In this document: positions 11,177 through 24,410 of the stretch, in pieces | How the letters are laid out: every line of letters begins with the position of its first letter | Position numbering within the stretch: the first letter of the stretch is position 1 | Assembly (NCBI RefSeq): GCF_006345805.1 | Contig: NW_021836179.1 | Location: forward strand, 62,001-126,000 | Direction: 5' to 3' | From: Octopus sinensis | Taxonomy: Eukaryota | DNA length: 64,000 bases | The notes under the pieces: model-generated | What the model saw: only the letters and a program-made list of their open reading frames with translations | Database searches by the model: none | Told to the model about the DNA's origin: nothing | Translations under genes and position numbers: made by a program

Positions 11177-12434
11177 CTGTATTTTTTATGAAATGTCTTT
11201 GCAGCTCACAGCAACAGACATTTTAGAACCCTTTCTCCTTGTGGGCATTGTCAGTAACTGATGAACCCTTGGTAACATTCATAATCATCAGGGTTCCTTT
11301 TTGAGGTATTGTTAATGATGCCAACCCCTTTTGTAAGCACTTACCTGGGATACACATAGTTTTGCTGGGCACAGGTATTCGTTAGAATTGTGTGTAGAAA
11401 ATAATTTGTATAACCATAAATATTGCCACTTTAGGAAGCACTAGATTAGACAATTGTGAGGAGTGGAAACAGTGATGTGCAGATAAATATAGTTGTGTGT
11501 GTAGCAGAATGTAGCAGACACGAGAGGCCCATTGATATTAAAGCTGAAATCTAAAAGAGGAGAAACGTGTGAGGCAGTGCAGCATCATGAGAGCAGATGG
11601 TGGAGAAATCCAGGTGAACATCTTTTAGAGTAACTGGGTTTTTAGCAAGACACAATTTCTTGCATACTGAAAATATATACTCCATGAAGAAGATTGTGAA
11701 ATCGTGTGGAGGTGACGTGGTTAAATAAATATGTCTTCAACACTGAAACTTGCAGACTTGGTTTTTATATGTACCTAAATATGTATGTTTGATTGCTTCT
11801 CGTTTATTAATTGCATCCAAGGTGTTTGTTGATGCTGGGCTTTGATCTTTGTTTGCTTGTTTATTTCAGCTTGCTTCTTATTCCTCTGTGTCAATTTGCT
11901 TCTGATGAAGCAATTAGATGAACAAAGCTGCTCTTCTTTGTGTTTCTCTAGGCTGTGGGTTCGTTTAGTATCTCAGATAAAAAGTTGAATACATCGTTAG
12001 AGCAAATCCAACTCTACGCTTAATAAATCTTTCTGGTTTTGTGTTGAGATATTGAAAAGCTGTGGGCCCTGGATATCCTAAACCGTTGCAGTATTGGATT
12101 CTTACCCAAGATGGAAAGTAGAAGGTGTTTGGTACGATGTAGTGGCGTTCAGTTGAGCTGTTTGTATAGATTTCATTACCAAATTTAGGGGTAGACCTTA
12201 AAAACAGTATATATGTATATACAACGTGCTTCTTACACTTTGCGTCATCCAAATCCACTCACAAGGCTTCAGCTGGCCCGAGGCTATAGTAGAAGAAACT
12301 TACCCAAGGTGCCAAGCAGTGGAACTGAACCGGGGAACCATGTGATTGATAAGCAAGCTACGTACCACACAATTTTTTTTTTAAATGCTTGAAATTGTGT
12401 AGATTACAATTATATAGAAATTTGTTGGGGGAAA

Positions 12435-12910
12435 ACACTACCTGGAGTAGGGGTGGGCAATTCACAGACTTTTTGAAAACGTATGAGGAAATAAAGATGT
12501 GTGAATTAGCCAAAACTCCTGTCCCCTCATCCTGAAAATGTTTCTCACAAGTGGTAGAAATAGACGAGATGGTCTTGTCATCTGTGCCTGGGTTAGAGGT
12601 AAGGTGCCTCATTTGGGATGCCACACTCTGCTACTCCTTTGCTCCTTCTCACATCCTGGATGCTGCAGTTAATGGCAGGGTCACTGCTTCCGTAGCCGAA
12701 TGGAAGAAAACCCTGAGGTATCGGGACCTGACAGTGAACTATCTCTTCCACCTTGTGGTGTTTGAGACATTCAGAGGGACTAGGCCATTATCCATGAAGT
12801 TCTTGTCAACATTGGCAGGTGATGCCCGTGTGGGTGCATGGTTTTTCTTAACACCTGAGCCTCGCTGTCACCTGTAGTAATACTGGGAGGATGCTGGATT
12901 GCTTTAGTAG
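12435..12910 (+). mobile_element. CRE-clade RLE relic, U2 copy
   Basis: Near-identical to 6555-7030. Confidence 0.7.
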
Positions 12911-12950
12911 GTTCTATCAAACCTTGTGGGGTGCAACCAGCTGCTGTGAT

Positions 12951-13640
12951 AAAAGAAATACCTCCTAATATGCTGCAAATGCCTTATTTTGGTTTGGAAA
13001 AGTGGGAGGACACCCCCATCTTGGAATCGATGGAAATTTATTTTTTTCATTGAATGAATTCCTCTGACCTAATATGCTCCAGAACCTGTTTTGGGGTCCG
13101 AAAAACAGGATGGAGGGAGCTGGAAGCCTTGGAATGTTCACCCCCACCACCATTGATCTTTTGATCCACAAAGTTTTCAGTAAGGAAAAAAATTGGATTT
13201 TTTTGCGTGGAATCAAGTACCCTGACCTAATATGCTGCAAATCCCTTATTGTCGTTAACAAAAAATTGGGGGACTTCCCCACTTTTTTCATACAGGTGAG
13301 AAGATCAGTGAGGGTTGGGTGAAATTTCTGAGGCTTCCACCTCACTCCATCCCGTTTTACGGACCCCAAAAAGAGTTTTGTAGCATATTAGGTCACAGGA
13401 ATTCATTCAAGAAAAAAAAGACGCAAAAATATCCAATGATTCCGAAATGGGAAGGGGTGACCCTACCCTCTTGTTTTCCAAACCAATATAAGGGACGTGA
13501 AGCATCTTATTAGGTCAGGGTACTTGATTCCACCCCAAAAATCCAAGTTTTGTTTTTTTCTCTTAGTGAAAATCATGCAGTTGTTAATCTTGGGATTGAA
13601 TGGGAAAAGCAGGCTCTTCATCCAGCTCCCCTTATTCTCC
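12951..13640. mobile_element. Element 'A', full copy (others ~24441-25120, ~48290-48944, ~54650-55320; deleted copy 7063-7480; diverged copies 34496-34790 and ~62770-63070)
   Basis: ~140-bp imperfect inverted arms at ~12984-13120 and ~13345-13495 (ggtttggaaaa...ttgaatgaattcct.tgacctaatatgct...ttttggggtccg.aaaac). Confidence 0.55.
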
Positions 13641-13726
13641 TCACCATTCCCATCACAGCCTGCATCACCTCCTGAACCCCACCCGACTCTCACTTTGGGC
13701 AGCTTCTATTTTATAATTTTATGCAT

Positions 13727-16172
13727 TTTACTGTTGGTGAAAAACAAAGAAAGAGGCTTGGAGAAGCGATTATGAAAGAGTGCTGAATGAGGAGAATGAA
13801 TGGGAGGAGGAGAGCCTGCCAAATGTTGACCCAGTAGAGGGACCAGCTCTCTTGTAGTTAAGGCAATTAAGGATATGAAACCAGGTAAAGCCCCCGGCCC
13901 ATCAGGAATCACTGCTGAGATGCTTAAAACAGCTGGCTATGTGGGCTATGGCCTAGTCACCCGCATTGTAAACCAGGTAGTTCTGAATGGAGTCATACCC
14001 ATTGACTGGCGTAGCAGCACCATAGTCAACTGCTACAAGGGTAAAGGTGATGCTCTTGACAGAAATAACTACAGGGGTATCAAACTGTTGGATCAGGTGA
14101 TGAAGGTCACAGAGAGGGTCATAACCCTTCTCATTAGGGAGAGAATTTGCTTAGATGAGATGCAGTTCGGTTTTGTGCCAGGTAGAAGCACCACCACTAA
14201 TGCTATATTCCTGGTCCGACAACTGCAGGAGAAGTACCTAGCTAAAGATAAACCCCTCTACATAGCTTTTGTGGACTTGGAGAAAGCCTTTGACAGGGTT
14301 CCTCGATCCCTTATCTGGTGGTCAATGCGGAAACTGGAGATTGACGAATGGCTAATAAGGGCTGTACAGGCTCTATACAGAGAGGCTGTCAGCAAGGCTA
14401 GGATTGGCAAAGAATATAGTGAAGAACTCCGGGTAGAAGTAGGTGTACACCAAGGATCAGCCCTCAGTCCCCATTTATTCATCATAGTCCTCCAGGCAAT
14501 AACAGAGTAATTCAAAACAGGATGCCCCTGGGAGCTCCTCTATGCTGATGACCTGGCTCTCATAGCAGAATCACTACCGGAACTAGAAAAGAAATTTCGA
14601 GTGTGGAAGCAAGGGTTAGAATCAAAGGGCCTTAGAGTAAATGTAGCAAAGACCAAAGTTATAGTAAGCAAAAAGGCGAACTCATCACACACTCCCTCGG
14701 GCAGGTGGCCCTGCTCGATCTGAAGGAAAGGTGTAAGTAGAAACTCCATAAGATGCACCCGATGTAAGCTATGGACGCATAAGAGATGCGGCAACATCAA
14801 AGGGAAATTAACTGATAAGATAGCTTTCATGTGCGGCAGATGCACAGGGACAATAGACACCACAGACACTCAGAAAACAGATTCCATCACACTCCAGGGG
14901 AAGAAACTAGAAGTAGTTGATAGTTTCCGCTACCTGGGTGACCAAGTTAGTAGTGGAGGTGGATGCTCAGAGAGTGTCACCACTAGAATACGAATAGCAT
15001 GGGCAAAGTTTAGAAAGCTCCTACCCCTACTGGCGACAAAGGGTCTCTCACTCAGACCGAAAGGTAGATTGTATGATGCATGTGTGCGAACTGCCATGCT
15101 TCACGGTAGTGAAACATGGGCTGTGACTGCAGGGGATATGCGTAGACTTGAAAGAAATGAAGCTAGCATGATCCGCTGGATGTGTAATGTCAGTGTGCAC
15201 GCATGACAGAGTGTAATCACCCTGAGAGAAATGCTGGACATAAGAAGCATCAGATGTGGTGTGCAAGAGCGACGCTTGCGATGGTATGGTCATGTGCTGC
15301 TGATGGATGAGGAGAGATGTGTGAAGAAGTGCCACTCCTAAACAGTTGAAGGTATCAGGGGAGAGGTAGACCCAGGAAGACATGGGATGAGATAGTCAAG
15401 CATGACCTCAGAGCGTTGGGCCTCACTGAGGCAATGGGGAAGGACCGGGACCTCTGGAGATATGCTGTGACTGCAAAGACCCGGGCTGCTTCCTATGCCA
15501 GTTCCGCATAGCCCCTGCTCATTGAAAGTACCCTGGATCCCAGAACGTCCCGCTATGCTTGAGGAGACCTGTTGAGTCAAGCACATGAACATTGAGATAA
15601 TTATCAATGGAAATAGTAGTTGTGATACCTGTGCAGGTGGCACATTAAAAGCACCATCAAAACGTGGCCGTAGCCTGCACCGCCTCGACACATAAAAAGC
15701 ACCATCCAAATGTGGCCGTAGCCAGCACCGCCTCGACTGGCTTCTGTGCCGGTGGCACATAAAAGGCACCATCAAAACGTGGCCTTAGCAAGCACCGCCT
15801 CGACACATAAAAAGCACCATCCAAATGTGGCCGTAGCCAGCACCGCCTCGACTGGCTTCTGTGCCGGTGGCACATAAAAAGCACCATCCAAACGTGGCTG
15901 TTGCCAGCGCCGCCTTGGCTGGCTTCCGTGTCGGTGGCACGTTAAAAGCTCCAACCGATAGTGGCCAATGCCGGAATCCCCCCCCCCCGGCACCTGTGCA
16001 GGTGGCATGTAAAAAGCACCCACTACACTTGCGGAGTGGTTGGCATTAGGAAGGGCATCCAGCTGTAGAAACTGTGCCAGATCAGACTGGAGCCGGGTGC
16101 AGCCCCTAGCTTCCCAGACCCCGGTCGAACCGTCCAACGATGATGATGATGGTGATGATGGTTATGATGATG
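13727..16172 (+). mobile_element. 5'-truncated, inactivated RTE-clade LINE
   Basis: RT motifs KAPGPSG, NYRGIKLL, QFGF, FVDLEKAFDRV, QGSALSP, YADDL, YLG, GSETW; stop at 14508-14510; (gat)n tail; TSD atgcat at 13721-13726 and 16173-16178; empty site at ~595. Confidence 0.92.
15640..15945 (+). repeat. GC-rich VNTR (alternating ~46/67-bp units) in the RTE 3' region
   Basis: Repeats of cacataaaaagcaccatccaaa.gtggccgtagccagcaccgcctcgac; about 115 bp longer than the U4 copy. Confidence 0.8.
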
Positions 16173-18044
16173 ATGCATGCAGGAAACATTAATAGAAGAA
16201 AACACTTTCATTTCATTTCTTGTTATGGGTCGGGGGAGGAGGTGGGGTTTTTGTTTTTGTTTTGTATATTTTGAAAAATTAGAATTTACAGTTTTTTTTT
16301 GTTTTTTTCAGAATCGTAATCTCCTTATTTTTCTACAAATTTCACCAGAAAAATTTTGTTTATAGTAGAAAATTTAAGAAATTGCTTTGGGAGATTAAAA
16401 ATTTTTTAATGCAGATTGTTTTTGCAGATTTGGAATCAACGAACTCGATATCGTGGGTTCCTGTAAAAACAAAACCCAAAAAACATCGGAAAGAGGGTGC
16501 GGTCCATTGTCTTTCCCCACGCCGTAAACGGAACCCTTCCCCCTTTATTTCAGGATAAAGTAAAAAAACGAAGGAAAGGGATATGGGACTGAAATTTTGA
16601 TGTTGGGGTTGTTGAAAGAATCTTTTCCAGAATCGAAATTTCCATGGCCTAAAAACATGGGATTCCGGAGAGAAAAAAAAACAAAAAGGAATTTGAAAGC
16701 CGGGAAGGGCTCCGTTTCGATCTTCGCTATAGTTGAGGGTCGATGGTGGAAAAAGTTTGTCGACCCCTGTTAAAGGGTAGGGAACAGCACCTGCTGTGTT
16801 TCTAATCATATGTCCGTTTAATGAACAAACATACGGTTATATGCATTCTAATGCTAAGATGTAATGATGTCAGAAATATTTGGCTGCTATTTTTAGCAGG
16901 TTCAGTGACCATGCGCAGACACTCTTGTTGAGACGTAATTACTATTTAGCTGGATGAGGTTTTTATCATTTACCTTGGCTGAGATGCAATTAAAGGTGTG
17001 AATTAATATAATTTTAACGTCTCTTCGTGTTATATTGGGGACTTTTAATATATGTCACCGGTGTCGTTCAACCGCGGGAATAATTATCAACAGCTTTTAC
17101 ACGTGCTTCTAATTAAGACGAATCTAATTATATCAGATGTAGTAATACCTCGTGTTCAGGTGAACGTTGATCTCTATGAATAACACGAAGCGACTTACAT
17201 GATTTGTGATTTAATATTTCTCTTGATCACAGCTTTAGTTGGTTGATCCCTATTTTACAGGAAAGGGGGCAAAAAGCTTTGAATCGAGGAACTTTGCTCG
17301 CCCTTCTTCATATTTCATTTGGACCTTAGATCGAAAGCACGAATTGTTTGTATGCCCCTTTGTAGCAAATATTGTGCGCATTTCTACTATCCATGGTGGG
17401 AAAAACAAAGTGGATTTCAAGAAAGGATCCTGGTCAGATCAACAAGTATTCTAATGGTAAGTGAAAAAATATATCTACATAGCATTTGTTGCACACTTGT
17501 TAACGGAGGTGTGTGATATCTAAGACAAGAAACTGAACCATAGGAGGTTAGTCTATATCTACAGACATTTGTCAGCTTTTTAAGTATTCCTGAAGACAAG
17601 CAGGAAGACCTCCCTCACAACGGCTTTCCTTTTGGTAAACGATATTTCCCCTTTTGACACCCGATTTGTGTAATTTTCTTTTGAGTCCTTTAATCGTTTA
17701 ATAATGTATATTTTGTCAGTAAATTTAGGGCATAACTACAGAAATGCGGGATCCTTTCGGTTTTGGGGAGTTACCAAAATTGAAAATGCAAAAAGTTTAT
17801 ATCATTGTTCTGTGACCCTAACCACATCTTTTCAAGGAGTTCTCAAAAATGAAGCCCCTAAAAATCGAAATAATATTCTCCGCCTAACCTGAACTCATCA
17901 TATATATATTTATATATGTATATGTATATATATATAATTATCAATAATAATATAGGGTGAAATTAATTAATTTGGAATAATCATCAATTTCACCAAGTAG
18001 ATTTCGGCATGTAAAAGCCCCATTCAAGGAAGGTTTAAGTAATA

Positions 18045-18184
18045 CTAAGTAATTAAGGGTTTAGCAACGATTTGCCTCACCACACACCGAATTTAGAAAT
18101 AGCAGTCAAAAGAGTTTTGGCTCTTCTGCTATTTCTAAATTCGGTGTGTGGTGAGGCAAATCGTTGCTAAACCCTTAATTACTT
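18045..18184. mobile_element. Short palindromic MITE (TA target), its right end split by the foldback insertion; second copy 29415-29554
   Basis: Perfect 59-bp inverted repeat 18047-18105/18126-18184; removing 18185-19809 restores cttaattacttag|ta, matching ta|ctaagtaattaag. Confidence 0.75.
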
Positions 18185-19801
18185 GGTTAATATAGGGCGT
18201 AACAAATATCAGAAAATCAAAAAAAAAATGTGTGTAATAGGTGTAAAACAACTTGCTCTAAACGACTATCATGAAAAAAATGCGCGCTCGCGAAAGGGGG
18301 GTGGGGGAGAGGCTTCGGAAATTTCACATCTTCAGTCCACGGCCTTTAAACTAAGAAAAAATAGTGTAATTGGTGTAAAACTACTTGTTCTAAACGAGTA
18401 TCAAGAACACACACTCACACATGAATCATAAAATCATATTTCGCAAAAAAAAAAATAAAGAGAAGAAATTCTGGAAAAAGTGAAGAAATGTTGGATCTCC
18501 GCCATGTGAATCAAAATACGTGTCAGAAACATCTTGAAATACTACAGAAATTATGTTACGAAAATGATAATGTATACATACCTCTTTGAGTGGTCCATCG
18601 ATAATGATGATAAAGAAATGAGTTGGATTTGAACTCAGAATATTGACTAACACAACTACATACTACAAGACTCAAAATATTCAGCCAAGTCACCACCCTT
18701 TAACTAGCAATAATAATAACATCAATAACATAACAGCCAAAAGATTTATTTGTTCTGAAAATAACAATCATAGTAAATAAATATGTTCTTTAATATTCAC
18801 ATTCATGTGCACAGTTAAACACACTTACATACAAACAGTCACGCATGCATAATACAAAACGGAACACATAAATGAAGGATGCATTACTTAGTATATATTA
18901 CATCTAGAGAATTTTGATTAATAAGTCAAATATGCAAATTATAAAGATAATTAATTGCTTTACTAAACAGTGTTGTAAAGGTGAAAAAATAAATTTGGGA
19001 AAAAAATACACGCCAAAACTAATTAATAAAGGATAATTAGGGAAGGATTGACACAAAATAATAATTTTTTCTGTCTCTTTTTTTCTGATAAATGCATCTT
19101 AATAAGTGAGAAGAATTGCATATATCTGAACTATTTCAAAGAAAAGCATAAATTTAATGTTTAAAATAGCTTTAACCAAGGAATGAGATTCAACATTTCT
19201 TCACTTTTTCCAGAATTTCTTCTCTTTATTTTTTTTTTTTGCGAAATACGGAGTTTATGATTCATGTGTGAGTGTGTGTTCTTGATACTCGTTTAGAACA
19301 AATAGTTTTACACCAATTACACTATTTTTTCTTAGTTTAAAGGCCGTGGACTGAAGATGTGAAATTTCCGAAGCCTCTCCCCCACCCCCCTTTCGCGAGC
19401 GCGCATTTTTTTCATGATAGTCGTTTAGAGCAAGTTGTTTTACACCTATTACGCTGTTTTTGTTTTTGTGCCCGGTTCAGACGCTTTCGGAAATTCCCGA
19501 TATAAATATTCCGAGGCCTCTCCCCCACCCCTCTTTCTCGAGAGCGCATTTTTTTTTGTCATATTCGTTTAGAGCAAGTTGTTTTACACATATTACACTA
19601 TTTTTTTTTTGTTTTGGTGCCCGGGTCAGCTCCTCAGACGCTTTCGGAACTTCCCGATGTGAATTTTCCGAGGCCTCTCCCCCACCCCCCTTTCGCGTGC
19701 GCGAATTTTTTTTTTCATATTCGTTCATAGGAAGTTGTTTTACACCTATTACACACATTTTTTTTTTGATTTTCTGATATTTGTTACGCCCTATATTAAC
19801 C
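18185..19801. mobile_element. Foldback-type DNA transposon, GGTTAATATAGGGCGTAAC termini, 8-bp TSD aattactt
   Basis: TSD at 18177-18184 and 19802-19809; long arms made of internal tandem subunits; left arm has a ~302-bp deletion. Confidence 0.85.
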
Positions 19802-20098
19802 AATTACTTAGTATATGTATGTGTATATATATATATAGATAGATAGATAGATAGATAGAGAGAAGACCTGCCCTATAACGGGTTTCCTTTTGACACTCGA
19901 TTTGTGTAATTTTCTTTTGAGCCCTTTAATCGTTTAATAATACATATTTTTCTCCCTACCTGTTTGAAAGTATTGCACCATCATTTTGTCCACTTGCTTC
20001 ATCTGTAGAAGTAAAAAATTTCATCAGCATGGTTGTTGTTGAATTTGGGGAATCCGAAACATAAGCAAGTGGTAGGCCCTCTTTTGTTTTTCAACAAA

Positions 20099-20352
20099 TC
20101 AGCAACGATTTGCTTCACCACACACCGAATTTTAGAAATAGCAGTAAAAAAATCTTAGCTATTCCTTCTACTTTAAAGGGAGTTCCCGGAAAAACCAGAG
20201 CACTTTAAAACAAACCATTCAGGTAAAAGGGAAAAAAATTAACGAAAATCATACTTCCCTTTAAAGTAAAAGGAATAGCTAAGATTTTTTGACTGCCTTT
20301 CTAAACTTCGGTGTGTGGTGAAGCAAATCGTTGCTGAACCCTAATTATATAG
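20099..20352. mobile_element. MITE of the same family as 18045 (second copy ~30916-31168)
   Basis: ~85-bp inverted arms tcagcaacgatttgcttcaccacacaccgaa...tttaaaggga / tccctttaaa...ttcggtgtgtggtgaagcaaatcgttgctga; right end ccctaattatatag|ta. Confidence 0.75.
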
Positions 20353-20972
20353 TATATATATATGTATGTATATATATAATATTATATTATATTATATACA
20401 GCTGTAATCATATGGAAATCAGTCTCCAAAGATGTTTGAGAAAAGTCCTTTCTCTAATATATTTGTGAATTTAAAACTTTTAGGTGACAAATTTTGAATT
20501 CTCATTGTTCCTAGAATAATATTTAACTTGTTAATCAGTACAGGAATGTTGTAACATTTCCGTTTCGGTCTCTCCTCTCTATCTAATTCTGTTTCTTTAT
20601 TATTTCAGATTCACAGATGACATTGGCATCAAAGAACATTTTTCATCTTTTAAAGTCTTGAGGAAAAGTTTACACAGAACGCATCTAAGCCTATTTCTAT
20701 AAATCTTTGGTAGAAATTCTATGAAATGTTTGCTCTGAACTGAGATTAATAGCAACATTTTTCTATTTCATTAGCTGATGCTTTGCATTCTCGTTACTCT
20801 TTGATGACTTTCTAAATTTATAGCATCTTTAGATATCAGTGAAGTTTGCAGTGGAAACATTTGTAAGGAATAAACTATAAAAAGAAGGATAAAGATAGGA
20901 GTAAAAGTTTAATGTGGTGAGAAAGGCCAAGGATTGGGTCTATTTTGATTCCTCAAAGAAATACTGAAAAAT

Positions 20973-22661
20973 ATGCGAAAATCATTGTATCGTTGTGATA
21001 TCTGTGGTAAATCAACCACTAGAAGTGCTGCCTTAGATAGACACAAGCGTACTCACACAGGAGAGAAACCATATCACTGTGATATCTGTGGTAAATCATT
21101 CATACAAAGCAGTGACTTAACTTCTCACAAACGTGTTCATACAGGAGAGAAACCATTTCGCTGTGATATTTGTGGTAAATCCTTCACTCAAAGTGGTGGC
21201 TTAACTAATCACAAACGTGTTCATACAGGAGAGAAACCATTTCGCTGTGATATTTGTGGTAAATCCTTCGCTCAAAGCAAGGGCTTAACTAATCACAAAC
21301 GTATTCATACAGGAGAGAAGCCATTTCGCTGTGATATTTGTGGTAAATCATTCTCTCACAGAAGTGCCTTAATTGTACACAAACGTGTTCATACAGGAGA
21401 GAAGCCATTTCACTGTGATACGTGTGGCAAATCATTCTCTAGCAGCAATTACCTAACTAGCCACAGACATATTCATACAGGAGAGAAGCCATTTCACTGT
21501 GATACGTGTGGCAAATCATTCTCTAGCAGCAATTACCTAACTAGCCACAGACATATTCATACAGGAGAGAAGCCATTTCGCTGTGATATTTGTGGTAAAT
21601 CATTCTCTCAAAGTAGTCCCTTAACTGCACACAAACGTGTTCATACAGGAGAGAAGCCATTTCACTGTGATACGTGTGGCAAATCATTCTCTAGCAGCAA
21701 TTACCTAACTAGCCACAGACATATTCATACAGGAGAGAAGCCATTTCGCTGTAATATCTGTGGTAAATCATTCTCTCAAAGTAGTCCCTTAACTGCACAC
21801 AAACGTGTTCATACAGGAGAGAAGCCATTTCACTGTGATACGTGTGGCAAATCATTCTCTAGCAGCAATTACCTAACTAGCCACAGACATATTCATACAG
21901 GAGAGAAGCCATTTCACTGTGATACGTGTGGCAAATCATTCTCTAGCAGCAATTACCTAACTAGCCACAGACATATTCATACAGGAGAGAAGCCATTTCG
22001 CTGTGATATTTGTGGTAAATCATTCTCTCAAAGTAGTCCCTTAACTGCACACAAACGTGTTCATACAGGAGAGAAGCCATTTCACTGTGATACGTGTGGC
22101 AAATCATTCTCTAGCAGCAATTACCTAACTAGCCACAGACATATTCATACAGGAGAGAAGCCATTTCGCTGTGATATTTGTGGTAAATCATTCTCTCAAA
22201 GTAGTCACTTAACTGCACACAAACGTGTTCATACAGGAGAGAAGCCATTTCACTGTGATATTTGTGGTAAATCCTTCATACAAAGCAATGACTTAACTAA
22301 ACACAAACGTGTTCATACAGGAGAGAAGCAATTTTGCTGTGATATTTGTGGTAAATCCTTCATACAAAGCAATGACTTAACTAAACACAAACGTGTTCAT
22401 ACAGGAGAAAAGCCATTTCGCTGTGATATTTGTGGTAAATCATTCTCTCAAAGCAATAACTTAACTAAACACAAACGTGTTCATACAGGAGAGAGGCCAT
22501 TTCGCTGTGATATTTGTGGTAAATCATTCTCTCAAAGCAATGACTTAACTAAACACAAACGTGTTCATACAGGAGAAAAGCCATTTCGCTGTGATATTTG
22601 TGGTAAATGCTTCATACAAAGCAGTGACTTAACTAAACACGAACGTGTTCATACAGGATAG
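20973..22661 (+). CDS. C2H2 zinc-finger protein, 562 aa, 20 fingers
   Basis: ORF translation; internal run of two near-identical finger types ([16 protein letters not shown]). Confidence 0.93.
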   Translation: MRKSLYRCDICGKSTTRSAALDRHKRTHTGEKPYHCDICGKSFIQSSDLTSHKRVHTGEKPFRCDICGKSFTQSGGLTNHKRVHTGEKPFRCDICGKSFAQSKGLTNHKRIHTGEKPFRCDICGKSFSHRSALIVHKRVHTGEKPFHCDTCGKSFSSSNYLTSHRHIHTGEKPFHCDTCGKSFSSSNYLTSHRHIHTGEKPFRCDICGKSFSQSSPLTAHKRVHTGEKPFHCDTCGKSFSSSNYLTSHRHIHTGEKPFRCNICGKSFSQSSPLTAHKRVHTGEKPFHCDTCGKSFSSSNYLTSHRHIHTGEKPFHCDTCGKSFSSSNYLTSHRHIHTGEKPFRCDICGKSFSQSSPLTAHKRVHTGEKPFHCDTCGKSFSSSNYLTSHRHIHTGEKPFRCDICGKSFSQSSHLTAHKRVHTGEKPFHCDICGKSFIQSNDLTKHKRVHTGEKQFCCDICGKSFIQSNDLTKHKRVHTGEKPFRCDICGKSFSQSNNLTKHKRVHTGERPFRCDICGKSFSQSNDLTKHKRVHTGEKPFRCDICGKCFIQSSDLTKHERVHTG

Positions 22662-23954
22662 AGGCCTTTTTGCTGTGATTTCTGTATTTTTTATGAAATG
22701 TCTTTGCAGCACACAGCAACAGACATTTTAAAACCCTTTCTCCTTGTGGGCATTGTCAGAAACTGATGAACCTTTGGTAATATTTATAATCATCAGGGTT
22801 CCTTTTTGAGGTATTGTTAATGATGCCAACCCTTTTTGTAAGCACTTACCTGGGATACACATAGTTTTGCTGGGCACAGGTATTCGTTAGAATTCTGTGT
22901 AGAAAATAATTTGTATAACCATAAATATTGCCACTTTAGGAAGCACTAGATTAGACAATTGTGAGGAGTGGAAACAGTGATGTGCAGATAAATATAGTTG
23001 TGTGTGTAGCAGACACAAGAGGCCCATTGATATTAAAGCTGAAATCTAAAAGAGGAGAAACGTGTGAGGCAGTGCAGCATCATGAGAGCAGATGGTGGAG
23101 AAATCCAGGTGAACATCTTTTAGAGTAACTGGGTTTTTAGCAAGACACAATTTCTTGCATACTGAAAATATATACTCCATGAAGAAGATTGTGAAATCGT
23201 GTGGAGGTGACGTGGTTAAATAAATATGTCTTCAACACTGAAACTTGCTGACTTGGTTTTTATATGTACCTAAATATGTATGTTTGATTGCTTCTCGTTT
23301 ATTAATTGCATCCAAGGTCTTTGTTGATGCTGGGCTTTGATCTTTGTTTGCTTGTTTATTTCAGCTTGCTTCTTATTCCTCTGTGTCAATTTGCTTCTGA
23401 TGAAGCAATTAGATGAACAAAGCTGCTCTTCTTTGTGTTTCTCTAGGCTGTGGGTTCGTTTAGTATCTCAGATAAAAAGTTGAATACATCGTTAGAGCAA
23501 ATCCAACTCTACGCTTAATAAATCTTTCTGGTTTTGTGTCGAGATATTGAAAAGCTGAGGGTCCTGGAAACCCTAAACCATTGCAGTATTGGATTCTTAC
23601 CCAAGATGGGATGTGGAAGGTGTTTGGTACGATGCAGTGGCGTTTAGTTGAGCTGTTTGTATAGATTTCATTACCAAATTTAGGGGTAGGCCTTAAAAAC
23701 TGTAAATATCTATATACAATGGGCTTCTTACAGTTTCCATCATCCAAATCCACTCATAAGGCTTCGGCTGGCCCTAGGCTATAGTAGAAGAAACTTACCC
23801 AAGGTGCCAAGCATTGGAACTGAACCAAGGAACCATGTGATTGATAAGCAAGCTACTGAGCACACAATTTTTTTTTTAAATGCTTGAAATTGTGTAGATT
23901 ACAATTATATAGGAATTTGCTGGGGGTAAACACTACCTGGAGTAGGGGTGGGCA

Positions 23955-24410
23955 ATTCACAGACTTTGTGAAAACGTATGAGGAAATAAAGATGTGTGAA
24001 TTAGCCAAAACTCCTGTCCCCTCATCCTGAAAATGTTTCTCACAAGTGGTAGAAATAGACGAGATGGTCTTGTCATCTGTGCCTGGGTTAGAGGTAAGGT
24101 GCCTCATTTGGGATGCCACACTCTGCTACTCCTTTGCTCCTTCTCACATCCTGGATGCTGCAGTTAATGGCAGGGTCACTGCTTCCGTAGCCAAATGGAA
24201 GAAAACCCTGAGGTATCGGGACGTGACAGTGAACTATCACTTCCACCTTGTGGTGTTTGAGACATTCAGAGGGACTAGGCCATTATCCATGAAGTTCTTG
24301 TCAACACTGGCAGGTGATGCCCGTGTGGGTGCATGGTTTTCTTAACACCTGAGCCTCGCTGTCACCTGTAGTAATACTGGGAGGATGCTGGATTGCTTCA
24401 GTAGGTTCTA
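23955..24410 (+). mobile_element. CRE-clade RLE relic, U3 copy
   Basis: Near-identical to 6555-7030. Confidence 0.7.

Larger units (their letters stand above)
7063..12950 (+). repeat. ZNF cassette U2
   Basis: Direct repeat of U1; lacks the 2251-2974 MITEs, carries the 9320-9515 insert. Confidence 0.9.

Noticed and set aside
14258-16211. Minus-strand ORFs over the RTE and its VNTR (also 25744-27582 and + strand 45875-48451)
   Set aside because: Antisense or repeat-derived frames of the LINE.
18053-18178. Kolobok or piggyBac element (TTAA-GGG...CCC-TTAA)
   Set aside because: The inverted repeat extends beyond TTAA to ta|ctaag...cttag|ta once the nested foldback is removed.
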